Virus record (IMG/VR): IMGVR_UViG_2675903366_000018
Origin: a virus
Lineage: Duplodnaviria > Heunggongvirae > Uroviricota > Caudoviricetes
Reading direction: 5' to 3' (one strand)
Length of the DNA: 15,292 nt
Part shown: positions 1-8,239 of the stretch, piece after piece
How positions within the stretch are numbered: the stretch's first letter is position 1
How the letters are laid out: each line of letters begins with the position of its first letter
Made by a program: the position numbers and the translations under genes
The notes under the pieces: model-generated
What the model was told of the DNA's origin: nothing
The model's input: only the letters and a program-made list of their open reading frames with translations
The model's database searches: none

Positions 1-200
1 TGTCAGTTATCATCTTCGGTTACGGTTATCGGCAGAACGCCCTGCCGCTGACAAGAGCTTATTTGCCTGACCAATCTACTCCACATGATAGATAACTATC
101 ATTTATAGCATTTGGCTTATTATCCTTTATTTTTCATTGCGTTACAAACAATAAGCTCGTCAAAAACAGTAAAATTAACTACACCATTAACTACACCGTT

Positions 201-231
201 CCACGAACAATATCGAACAACCACGAACAAA
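201..231. repeat. Three direct 10-bp repeats (CCACGAACAA / TATCGAACAA / CCACGAACAA); near-identical second copy at 8429-8460
   Basis: Read directly from sequence: heptamer CGAACAA recurs three times at exactly 10-bp spacing; about 26 of 28 bases match the array upstream of the capsid gene. Confidence 0.8.
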
Positions 232-293
232 GATCAACACGCTTTAATCGTTATCGTTTTCCGGCTATCCGTTATCAAGCTGGTTGATGTGGT

Positions 294-325
294 GCCACTT
301 TTCCACCAATGGTGGAAAAGCCCAC
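294..325. repeat. 32-bp element GCCACTTTTCCACCAATGGTGGAAAAGCCCAC with internal palindrome (9-10 bp arms); exact second copy at 1005-1036
   Basis: Exact 32/32 match between 294-325 and 1005-1036; TTTTCCACCA / TGGTGGAAAA are reverse complements around a central A. Confidence 0.85.
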
Positions 326-455
326 CAGCGCAACGCATTTTTTAATTTCGCGGGTATAAAAATTTGACGGGGCGGATAGTTCCATAAGTAATGGATTGCA
401 GGAATTTCGATCCCCCTCCTGAATGCAATTTTTCGTATATATATATACAAAACAG

Positions 456-613
456 TGCGGGTTATGCGGGTTAGCGGGTTATCTTCGCGTGCTAAGTATT
501 TTTTATTCTTTAATATCAATACGTTAAAAAATGACGTGTTTAAATATTAGCCAAAACGTAACCCGCAAGACATTCAAAATAACCCGCAACCCCCCCCCAA
601 ATAACCCGCAAAC
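456..613. repeat. Origin-like iteron cluster: 3 tandem GCGGGTTAT-type repeats (456-483), ~75 bp AT-rich spacer, 3 inverted ATAACCCGCAA repeats at ~21-bp spacing (558-611)
   Basis: Same iteron sequence and same direct / AT-rich / inverted layout as the cluster at 9596-9722 downstream of the replication gene. Includes a (TA)6 run at 436-448 nearby and a C9 homopolymer at 590-598. Confidence 0.6.
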
Positions 614-1004
614 GCATCAGGAAAGTGGGTCCAGTGATGCCATCGAACGGCTGAATCGGGTAACGTTCTGTTGCCGGGTTGTTGTTTGCGGGTCAGCAAT
701 ACTGACGCGCAAAGTTAGTTGTATGTGGCTGTGCGTCCACCAGCTACGCCGGAATCGGGTATTCCGTTTCAACGGAACAGGTATGACGAACATGATCGCA
801 CCTTCTCCCGAAAACGGGTTTTCCTGTTTCGGGAAAATGGACACATGAAGCTGCATAGCGATTTTCACTATTCAGGGTCTGGCGGGTGAGTTTCTCAATT
901 TCCGCAGTTGGTGGAAATTAAACGAATACAGCGAGTTAGAACAAGGTGACTAATGGTCACTCTGTTGCTGCGTCACCATATTGATGATCCAGCCCTGTAG
1001 TCGC

Positions 1005-1036
1005 GCCACTTTTCCACCAATGGTGGAAAAGCCCAC
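1005..1036. repeat. Second copy of the 32-bp palindrome-containing repeat (see 294-325)
   Basis: Exact match to 294-325; followed at 1053-1067 by a second small hairpin (TCCCCC AAT GGGGGA) with the same AAT loop. Confidence 0.85.
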
Positions 1037-1581
1037 AGCAGGCCGCCCAGCCTCCCCCAATGGGGGATTCTGGAAGAATCAACGGGTTAGGCTGGTTTCC
1101 CCGATGTTCGCCGCTGGCGAATTTCGAAAATATCAACCAGTTACGTTAACGGCTATGGTCTGACAAGACAAACCACCGGGTAAATCAGATAATTACAGCA
1201 CCAGAATGTAAATTTATACTCTGCTTTAATATCAGTGGGTTAGGCCAAAGCCCGAAAAAGTGCTTTGTAAAAACTGAATACTGTAACTTTAACTTACGGT
1301 AATTGTTCTGCCTCGGTGCGCTCTCTTCCGTGGTCATTTCGACCATGCACCACACGAAAAGGGGGAGTGTTTATCACCTCCCCTTCGTGGTGATTTCCAC
1401 CATGCAGCCATCGCACCGCCACGCAAAAGGGATTTACCACTACCAGCTATATCCCTCAAATCCACCAGCGCAACACAGAACGCATAAAACCATTACGATG
1501 ACTCAGGACGCAAAACCACGTTTAACGTTGTTTTGCACTGAACCAGAATACTGTTCGTCTTTGTCTCGATGTCCGTACGCA

Positions 1582-1875
1582 TTACGTACGCAGCCGCTCC
1601 GGTTTCTTCCACTGGTAAGTCTTTTTCTCGCTCTCCCGATACATCTCCACGCGGCGACGATATGACAACAACTCCAGAACTCTGATCCGTATGTCGCGCA
1701 TATCCACGCCGTTAAGCTCAATACCATCACGGCGCATCACCTCAGCCACCACACGCGCGTAATTTTCAGCGGTGACAGTTTCCGGCTGCGTGGCCTCACG
1801 TTTGCCTGCTGCCGGGCTGATTCCGGTAACGCGGCGGATTATTTTTAGTAGTTCGGTTTCGCTCATTCTCGTCAT
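1582..1875 (-). CDS. Hypothetical protein (97 aa), translationally coupled to terL
   Basis: ATG at 1873-1875 overlaps the terL TGA stop (1872-1874) as ATGA; charged, non-repetitive composition. No recognisable family by eye. Confidence 0.45.
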   Translation of the reverse strand: MTRMSETELLKIIRRVTGISPAAGKREATQPETVTAENYARVVAEVMRRDGIELNGVDMRDIRIRVLELLSYRRRVEMYRESEKKTYQWKKPERLRT

Positions 1876-3533
1876 ACCCCATCAAACGCCGCAAGCCGCT
1901 CTTTGTGGCTGTCGCTTATATCAAAGGCAAAATCTTCATGCTCTGCCTGGAATGTGCCAAACGCCATCAGCGCCGCAACGCTCGGGTCTATCTTGTTGGA
2001 TGATTTTTTCTTGTTCGGCTTGATATTGGCGTTCGCGTCACTCTGCATCACAACATTACTCATTGACCAGGCCAGCACCGGATCACCACGATGCACAATC
2101 ACCTTCCGGTTAACAAAAACTTCGAACGATTTCGCCGCCGGACTGAAACGAAGGTATGTTTGCGGGAACGGCTCCACCTCAAATCCCGCGCCCTGTAGCT
2201 GCGTCCTCAGGTGCGTGGCGTTCCATGTATCGAAACCCACCAGCCTGATATTGAAATTCTCTGCATCCGCCATGATGTCATCACGGATACGGTCATAATC
2301 AATGCAGTCACCCGGTGTTGTGCGTATCCAGCCCGCCTTTGCCCACTGGCGATAGATGGCGCGGTTTTTATTGGCAGGGTTCTGTAGCTGAAATTCCGGC
2401 AGATAGTGACGGGAAACCAGCATAATCTTTTTACCGACCGGGAAGGCATAGCACACGCTGGAAATATCGCTGGTTGATGATAAGTCCAGCCCCGCGTAGC
2501 ACTCCTGCCCGTATAAATCCGCCTCCGCGAACGTTCCGGCGCACTCCGCCCATGCACCGTTACCCATCCATGGCGTAGCCCCCTGACACCAGATGTTAAA
2601 TCGCTTAGTAAGCATCTCCACCCACTGCGACGGAATACCCCGCGCTTTCTGGATGGTTGAGGCCAGTTTTTCACGATCGACGGAAACATCGATATTGGGA
2701 TTCGCCTTTATCCACATCGCCGGATCGTCAACCTCGCTTTCATCATCCAGCTCGTAAATCAGCACGAACATGGATTCATTCACCTCTTCACCATCCAGTA
2801 TCTGGCAGCAATAGTCATAGTGTTGTTTACAGGCTGAAACAACGTTGCTCCCCGATGTGGTGATGGCAAATAACAGCCCCTCCGGGCGTGCCCCCATTCC
2901 CAGTTCAAGCGCGGAATAAACCCCGTTGTCAGGGTGCAGGTGATATTCATCCACAATGGCGAGACTCGGGTTTGTCCCCTCAATGGTTGCCGCTTTTGCT
3001 GCCAGTGGCTTTAACAGGCTGTTGGTTTTCGGGTGTATCACCTTGTGCGCCTGAATATTTACCCGCTTTCGTAACGGTCGGGATAAAAGGCACATCTGAC
3101 GCGCATCATCAAACACGATCCGCGCCTGATCACGACTCACGGCGGCGGTGTAAATATCCTGCTGCCCGTTTTCCATAACCAGAAACCAGTTAGCCAGGAT
3201 AGCCGCGACCGTGGATTTGGCATTTTTTCGCGGTACTTCAATGAATGCGCTGGTGTATTTGCGCCGTCCGGTGGCCTTAACCTTAAAGCCCAGGATGCAG
3301 GCAAAGGCGAACTGCTGCCACGGCTCCAGCTCAATGGGGCTACCGCGCATTGCGCCTTTTACGTGCGGACACACCCTGGAAAAGGCAATAAACCGCTCCA
3401 CGACCTCCGGATCGAACGTGTAAAGGGGGTTTTCAAGGTCAGAAAAATACCGTTTAACGGCCTGTTTCAGTCGTTTACAGGCCGTAATTTTGCCGTTTTT
3501 TACGCCTTCTGCGTACTCATGCCAGGTGGTCAA
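1872..3533 (-). CDS. terL: Phage terminase large subunit
   Basis: 553-aa ORF; conserved terminase N-terminus (EYAEGVKNGKITACKRLKQAVKRYF), P-loop-like VPRKNAKST and Walker-B-like LAIVDEYH. No ATG near the 5' end; most upstream start is TTG at 3531-3533 behind a purine-rich AGAGGAAGAGGA stretch, overlapping terS by 17 nt. Confidence 0.9.
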   Translation of the reverse strand: MTTWHEYAEGVKNGKITACKRLKQAVKRYFSDLENPLYTFDPEVVERFIAFSRVCPHVKGAMRGSPIELEPWQQFAFACILGFKVKATGRRKYTSAFIEVPRKNAKSTVAAILANWFLVMENGQQDIYTAAVSRDQARIVFDDARQMCLLSRPLRKRVNIQAHKVIHPKTNSLLKPLAAKAATIEGTNPSLAIVDEYHLHPDNGVYSALELGMGARPEGLLFAITTSGSNVVSACKQHYDYCCQILDGEEVNESMFVLIYELDDESEVDDPAMWIKANPNIDVSVDREKLASTIQKARGIPSQWVEMLTKRFNIWCQGATPWMGNGAWAECAGTFAEADLYGQECYAGLDLSSTSDISSVCYAFPVGKKIMLVSRHYLPEFQLQNPANKNRAIYRQWAKAGWIRTTPGDCIDYDRIRDDIMADAENFNIRLVGFDTWNATHLRTQLQGAGFEVEPFPQTYLRFSPAAKSFEVFVNRKVIVHRGDPVLAWSMSNVVMQSDANANIKPNKKKSSNKIDPSVAALMAFGTFQAEHEDFAFDISDSHKERLAAFDGV

Positions 3534-3873
3534 GCTCGTCCTCTTCCTCTGTTTCCGGTGGATTTCTGCGGCGGCTTACCGGGTCAAAACCCAGCAAAGA
3601 AGCCATTTTGATCATTATTCTTTCTGCGTCAGCCTTTGCGCTCAGTGCGGGGTTTCTGCTCTCGCTGCCCTGACTGTTAACAATGCTGAAGCCGCGTGTC
3701 GCAAGGTCTTCGACGGCTTTGCGGTATAGGGAGTAGTTAACGCAATACAGTTCCAGATTGCTCCAGTCGGCGGGGGTAAGGTCTTCCCGCCCGGATAGCT
3801 GGCGCGATTTTTCCTTCCACTGCCTGACCGCGATTTCATCCAGGTAAGCGGGGGCTTTTGGTGGTCTTGCCAT
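3517..3873 (-). CDS. terS: Phage terminase small subunit (P27-family-like)
   Basis: Start taken at internal ATG 3871-3873 (MARPPKAP...), not the 165-aa ORF start. C-terminal GSESRNPALSAKADAERIMIKMASLLGFDPVSRRR matches the P27-family pattern; sits immediately upstream of and overlapping terL. Confidence 0.7.
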   Translation of the reverse strand: MARPPKAPAYLDEIAVRQWKEKSRQLSGREDLTPADWSNLELYCVNYSLYRKAVEDLATRGFSIVNSQGSESRNPALSAKADAERIMIKMASLLGFDPVSRRRNPPETEEEDELDHLA

Positions 3874-4161
3874 GTTCTTTTTTCGCCCAATTATTTTCAA
3901 AAAAATTCCCGTGCACAAAAATTTGAGGAGGCGGTCGGTGTCCGGCATGGACGGTTTCGTCCTGAAAACCTCCCCCACCCCCTCTGACGGCCTCACCAGC
4001 GATTGCGAAAACATTCCATGACCTCGCGGTCACGGTCGGTTAATCGCTTCGCTGTGGTGCGTTCTGTGCGCCCTGTCCTGTTGGCTTTGTGCTCTGTCTC
4101 CTGTGTCTTCCATGTGTCACGCTGCCTTATCAGTCCACGTATCAGCCTGTTTTGCTCCTGT

Positions 4162-4602
4162 TCAGTCATCATCGCCATACATCCAGTCGTTACGGTGTGC
4201 TGCCCGTTCTTCCTGATCGCGATACATGCCCGCCTTACGGTTCGCTTTCGTGGCTGGATCTTCCCGTGTCGTCTTACGGTTGTGGCACGTCTGACACAAT
4301 GCCTGGTGATTCCACTCAGGCCAGAAGAGAACATCACCGCCGCCATTGATGGGGATAATGTGATCCACCACAAAGGCTGGCGTATAAATACCCTCAGCCA
4401 GACAACGCACACATAACGGATTTTTTTTCAGGTACATGGCGCGGTATTTGTCCCACTGTCGGGAATACCCGCGCGCGCGGCGGTGTCCCCGTCTGGCATC
4501 CTCTGCACGCCATGCAGCCCGCCTGTGCTCTTCACACTTGCCGGACTTCACGCGCTTATTACAGCCCGGCTCAGTGCATCGCCTTAATGGTTGCCATGGC
4601 AT
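4162..4602 (-). CDS. HNH endonuclease (phage packaging-associated)
   Basis: N-terminal Cys cluster (CTEPGCNKRVKSGKCEEH) and HNH core (VVDHIIPINGGGD...NHQALCQTCHNRKT). ATG at 4600-4602 overlaps the upstream gene's stop as ATGA. Sits next to terS/terL as in cos-type HK97-like packaging modules. Confidence 0.85.
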   Translation of the reverse strand: MPWQPLRRCTEPGCNKRVKSGKCEEHRRAAWRAEDARRGHRRARGYSRQWDKYRAMYLKKNPLCVRCLAEGIYTPAFVVDHIIPINGGGDVLFWPEWNHQALCQTCHNRKTTREDPATKANRKAGMYRDQEERAAHRNDWMYGDDD

Positions 4603-4898
4603 CAGTACACCCCCACATCACGATAAACCGACCAGAGCGCGGAAATCGTCAGGGGAATTTCTTTTGTATCGGTATCGCCAAGCGTTGTCCGGTACTCGTA
4701 CAGTTGCGAGATGTACATCAGGCAACCAATTTTTATTGCAGGGGTAAATTCCAGGCCGTCATCAAAACGCCTGCCAATATGCTTCTGGCATACCTCCAGC
4801 GCCGCACTTATGTATGCCTGAATCAGTGTGTCTTCTGTGTTACCATCTATGCGGCAGTGAAGTTTGGCCTCTTCCAGGGTTATTTTTTCTGCTGTCAT
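4602..4898 (-). CDS. Phage head-tail connector protein (gp6-like)
   Basis: 98 aa; N-terminus ITLEEAKLHCRIDGNTEDTLIQ is typical of gp6-like connector proteins; ATGA overlaps at both ends. Confidence 0.7.
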   Translation of the reverse strand: MTAEKITLEEAKLHCRIDGNTEDTLIQAYISAALEVCQKHIGRRFDDGLEFTPAIKIGCLMYISQLYEYRTTLGDTDTKEIPLTISALWSVYRDVGVY

Positions 4899-5233
4899 TT
4901 TTCTGTACCCACCTTTGCCAGAATTTCCAGCCGGGTTCTTTTCGCATCAGGTAAGGGGATCCCGATGATATTAAGCGTGCTCCCGGCAAAAGCGCCGGTA
5001 AGCACTTTCAGGCGACTGGCGGCGGATATGTCGCCACGATAGCGAACCCATACCCGAATCGTTGCAGGTGCGGTTTCTGCGCCTGCGGTCAGTAATTCCC
5101 GTCCGCTGATCCCCTTGACCTCTGCCCAGATGGTTTCCCCTTCCGTCCATATCTGCTGGATCGCACCTGACGGCAGGCGCTGTGTGGTAAATGTCATAAT
5201 CGTCACCCGGTCCCGCATCTTTCCGGCTATCAT
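4895..5233 (-). CDS. Phage head-tail adaptor / head closure protein
   Basis: 112 aa; starts MRDRVTI...; size, position between portal and connector and overall similarity to head-tail joining proteins; ATGA coupling with neighbours. Confidence 0.65.
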   Translation of the reverse strand: MIAGKMRDRVTIMTFTTQRLPSGAIQQIWTEGETIWAEVKGISGRELLTAGAETAPATIRVWVRYRGDISAASRLKVLTGAFAGSTLNIIGIPLPDAKRTRLEILAKVGTEK

Positions 5234-6453
5234 TCGTCACCGCCCTTACTGTTCTTGCTGATTGTCACTTCCTGCTTCCATGCCTGGCTGAACTCGTCGC
5301 CACCTTCACGCGGCGGCATTCCCTCACGCTCACGGGCTTCGTTCGGATTCATGATCCCGTTCTTAATCCCTTTCTCATACGTGGCGTAACGTTCGGTAGG
5401 GGTGGCGCGTAATAAATCGGCTGAATCAAACTCAACCAGATAACGGGTACCAGGTACGGGAGAAGCCACCAGCAAAGCGGCCTTGATTTGCTGTTCGAAG
5501 TTCGCCAGCCACGGGCGCATTGTCATGGTCAGAAACGCACGGCTTGCCTCGCTGAAATTGCTGTAGGTGCTGTTGCTGTATTCCTGCAGAAAAATAGGCG
5601 ATACGTTGAACATGCGGGCGATGTCTTCAATGGAGAAGCGACGGGAGGCCAGCCATTCCGCATCCTGGTTACTCATTCCCAGTTGCTTGTAATCCATGCC
5701 CCCTTCAAGAATTGGCGTTTTTCCGGCATTTTTCGCCCCCTTGTAGCGTTCCAGAGCATCTAATGCCTGTTTACCTTTCACGCCGTCCAGCCATTCACCT
5801 GACGTGATAATCCCTGCCGCCATCATGCCATCTTTCATAATGCTGGCTCCGTGGCGCTGTTGAGCAAGACCAAGCCCCAGCGCCTCACGGCAAATCGTGA
5901 CAGGGGAGCGCCCCAGAAAGCCATCATCCGAGGCATAGCGGAGATGCAGAACTTCTTCCTGTAAATACGTGCGCACCGTTCCTGTATAGGGTTCGGTGAT
6001 GGTATAGCGGTATTTGTGTGCGCCTGTGCGTTCCGGTACAACACACCCCGGCGCATAAGGATGAAGTGATTTTGGCTGTCCGTCCCGCCCCCACTCAATA
6101 ACCGCATAGGCGTTACCGTTCAGCAGGCAGTGACGCATCATTGTGCGTTTAAACTGGTAAGGTGTCTGGCATGAATTAGGCTGCTCATTCAGCAGAATAT
6201 CTACCGGGTGACTGTCCAGCCATTCCCGCGCCTCTCTGCCCTTATCATTGCGTACAAGATACAGGTAACACGGCATCGTGGCCACCGCCTCAGAGATAAC
6301 AGAAACCGCGTTCATCACAGCAGGCAATGATTCAGCCGTCCCGGCAGAAACATATTCTCCAGATCCGGTATTTGGTACGCCGGACAGCGCCAGAAAATCA
6401 TCAATGGACAGGTTACGCTGCTCGCTTTTTTTACGACTAAAAGGCCACCACAT
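5230..6453 (-). CDS. Phage portal protein (HK97 family)
   Basis: About 407 aa from ATG at 6451-6453, which lies 1 nt after the protease stop (TGA at 6455-6457). The longer ORF to 6543 starts with TTG and overlaps the protease by 89 nt, so is judged an artefact. Length and position fit HK97-type portals. Confidence 0.8.
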   Translation of the reverse strand: MWWPFSRKKSEQRNLSIDDFLALSGVPNTGSGEYVSAGTAESLPAVMNAVSVISEAVATMPCYLYLVRNDKGREAREWLDSHPVDILLNEQPNSCQTPYQFKRTMMRHCLLNGNAYAVIEWGRDGQPKSLHPYAPGCVVPERTGAHKYRYTITEPYTGTVRTYLQEEVLHLRYASDDGFLGRSPVTICREALGLGLAQQRHGASIMKDGMMAAGIITSGEWLDGVKGKQALDALERYKGAKNAGKTPILEGGMDYKQLGMSNQDAEWLASRRFSIEDIARMFNVSPIFLQEYSNSTYSNFSEASRAFLTMTMRPWLANFEQQIKAALLVASPVPGTRYLVEFDSADLLRATPTERYATYEKGIKNGIMNPNEAREREGMPPREGGDEFSQAWKQEVTISKNSKGGDE

Positions 6454-6454
6454 A

Positions 6455-7015
6455 TCACAACCCCGCCAGCTCAGCCCAGCGATGACGATTATTTCCTGTC
6501 GGACGTAATTCGGGGTGCTGTGCAAACAACGAACGGTGGGCAATCTCCACGCCAGATTCTGGATAAGCAGGCATCGACGTTATTGTGATTTCTCGGAGTT
6601 CAGCGGCGGTTACGGTACGCAGATACGGTTTTTGCGCGATACTCCACTCCTCGCATAATGCGCGAAAACCAAAGCTCATTCCTGTAATGTCGCCACGCTC
6701 CACCAGCGTAAGCACATCTTTTCCAAGCTGGGTATCCGGCGGTGTCAGCTCAAAACGTAACCCGGTGTTATCCTCAGTCAGTACCAGAGTGCCGGATTTG
6801 GTGCGCCCCAGCAGTTGGGTATAGTCATGCTCATACAGGCAGCGCACATCATTACCCGCCGCCAGATAGTCAGCAAAAGCCCCCGGCGTGAACTGTTCGC
6901 GGAATTCGTCCCAGATAATTTCTGAAAGGCTGTTCCAGCGAACGGCATAACCCACCAGCTTTTTATTGCTGGCGGTCAGTTCAGATGTGCGGATTTCAAA
7001 ATCGGTGTTTTTCAT
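6455..7015 (-). CDS. Prohead (maturation) protease, HK97 family
   Basis: 186 aa; overall similarity to HK97-family prohead proteases by eye; ATG at 7013-7015 preceded by GGAG about 7 nt upstream. Confidence 0.8.
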   Translation of the reverse strand: MKNTDFEIRTSELTASNKKLVGYAVRWNSLSEIIWDEFREQFTPGAFADYLAAGNDVRCLYEHDYTQLLGRTKSGTLVLTEDNTGLRFELTPPDTQLGKDVLTLVERGDITGMSFGFRALCEEWSIAQKPYLRTVTAAELREITITSMPAYPESGVEIAHRSLFAQHPELRPTGNNRHRWAELAGL

Positions 7016-7035
7016 CGGTGTACTCCATAAAGCTG

Positions 7036-7056
7036 AAAAAGGAGGCCGCAGCCTCC
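7036..7056 (-). terminator. Putative intrinsic terminator/attenuator between capsid and protease genes
   Basis: On the minus strand: GGAGGC-TGCG-GCCTCC hairpin (6-bp GC-rich stem, 4-nt loop) followed by TTTTT, 14 nt after the capsid stop codon. Confidence 0.4.
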
Positions 7057-7069
7057 TCCTTACTCATGA

Positions 7070-8239
7070 CTAGCCAGCTTTCATTTCCAGAATTTTGATG
7101 GCGTTTGAATCCACCACACCACCGCCCAGATATTTATCCGTGTGGACCTTGTAGAATCCGGGTTCAGTAATGTTGTCCGGTCGGGTGCGAATCCCTGTTA
7201 CATGATCAACGATGAAATAACCACGACTGAAATCGCCAACCGCCAGCGGTGCTTTTCCTGCGCCGATGTCCGGCATGGACTCCAGGCAGTAAACAGGACG
7301 ACCAAGCAACATATCCGGCGCACCTTCTTTAAGGCTGTCGCGCCAGATATAATCGCCGTTCTCATTTTTCAGCTTCTGTAGTGTCCCTGCCGTGCCCGAG
7401 TTCATCACCCAGACGGCATTTTTGCGGTATTTCGCTTTCAGCCTGTAGAGAATGTCGATCAGTTCGTCCGCTGTAATGGCGGTTCCACTTGCCGCTATCA
7501 TTTTTTCAATGGTGCCAAAAGCGCGGGTTTTGTCACTGGTCGCTGCACGGGTGTAAGCCATGAAGCCTTTCGGCTTGCCGTTACCGTCGCCATTAACAAA
7601 ATCATCCTCTTCGGTGCTGGCGAACGTGTCGGCAATTTCGGAGGATAACCAGCCCAGAATATCCACCTCTGAAAAATCCAGAATTTCCTGCGTGGTTTTC
7701 GGGTAGGCGTAGATCGGATTCAGCTTGATGGTTACGCGTTCAATTTTCGGGGTGTTGGTTTCGCTGCGCGCGCTGCCTTCTGTGCCTCTTCCTACAGTTG
7801 CGCCGCCAGTGGAAACCAGTTTCTGAAACTCATTTGATTTTGCGGTCTTCACGGTCGCGATCACGCGCATAACACTGTCATCCTGTAGCTGGCGCATGAC
7901 TTCGCGATCAAGCTCAGGAATTACGGTATATCCGCCATCCCTGCCGCTGTCAGTGCTGGTGGATAGTGATCGCACATCTCCGGTTACGATGTAGTTACGC
8001 AATTCATCAGATGATAATTTCCGGATGCCCGTTCCTGGCTTGCTGCGTTCTTCATCAGCCACAGACTCGAGGCGGGAAATTTCTGTGCCGAGGGAATCGG
8101 CTTTTGCACGCAGTTCATCAAACTGTTTGCCCTCGTCATCGTTCAGGCTACGGTTTTCACTGTCGGCTTTTTCCAGCAGGGATCGCATCTGGTTTTTCAG
8201 GGCGTTTTTTTGCTGGCGGAGTTCGATTAATTTCTTCAT
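7070..8239 (-). CDS. Major capsid protein, HK97 fold, with N-terminal coiled-coil (scaffold/delta-like) region
   Basis: 389 aa; the first ~100 residues are heptad-like and rich in E/K/R/L, followed by a capsid-like domain; ATG at 8237-8239. Followed directly by protease and portal genes. Confidence 0.85.
   Translation of the reverse strand: MKKLIELRQQKNALKNQMRSLLEKADSENRSLNDDEGKQFDELRAKADSLGTEISRLESVADEERSKPGTGIRKLSSDELRNYIVTGDVRSLSTSTDSGRDGGYTVIPELDREVMRQLQDDSVMRVIATVKTAKSNEFQKLVSTGGATVGRGTEGSARSETNTPKIERVTIKLNPIYAYPKTTQEILDFSEVDILGWLSSEIADTFASTEEDDFVNGDGNGKPKGFMAYTRAATSDKTRAFGTIEKMIAASGTAITADELIDILYRLKAKYRKNAVWVMNSGTAGTLQKLKNENGDYIWRDSLKEGAPDMLLGRPVYCLESMPDIGAGKAPLAVGDFSRGYFIVDHVTGIRTRPDNITEPGFYKVHTDKYLGGGVVDSNAIKILEMKAG

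Noticed and set aside
112-1665. Six ORF-track ORFs in the left flank (112-345, 265-519, 531-848, 617-868, 981-1163, 1303-1665)
   Set aside because: They overlap each other and the iteron and palindromic repeats, lack convincing RBS, and have odd composition (two different ORFs read through the same palindrome in different frames); the region is treated as non-coding.
3874-4014. Long form of terS (165 aa)
   Set aside because: The conserved terminase small subunit N-terminus (MARPPKAP) begins at the internal ATG 3871-3873; the extension runs through G-rich probable non-coding sequence.
4512-5042. 176-aa plus-strand ORF and other long antisense or alternate-frame ORFs inside the head and terminase genes (e.g. 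2207-2689, 1903-2298, 9204-9512, 10699-10980)
   Set aside because: Each lies wholly inside a well-supported minus-strand gene with recognisable motifs; typical GC-rich shadow ORFs.
6454-6543. N-terminal extension of the portal ORF (start at 6543)
   Set aside because: Begins with TTG, overlaps the protease C-terminus by 89 nt, and an ATG lies 1 nt after the protease stop.
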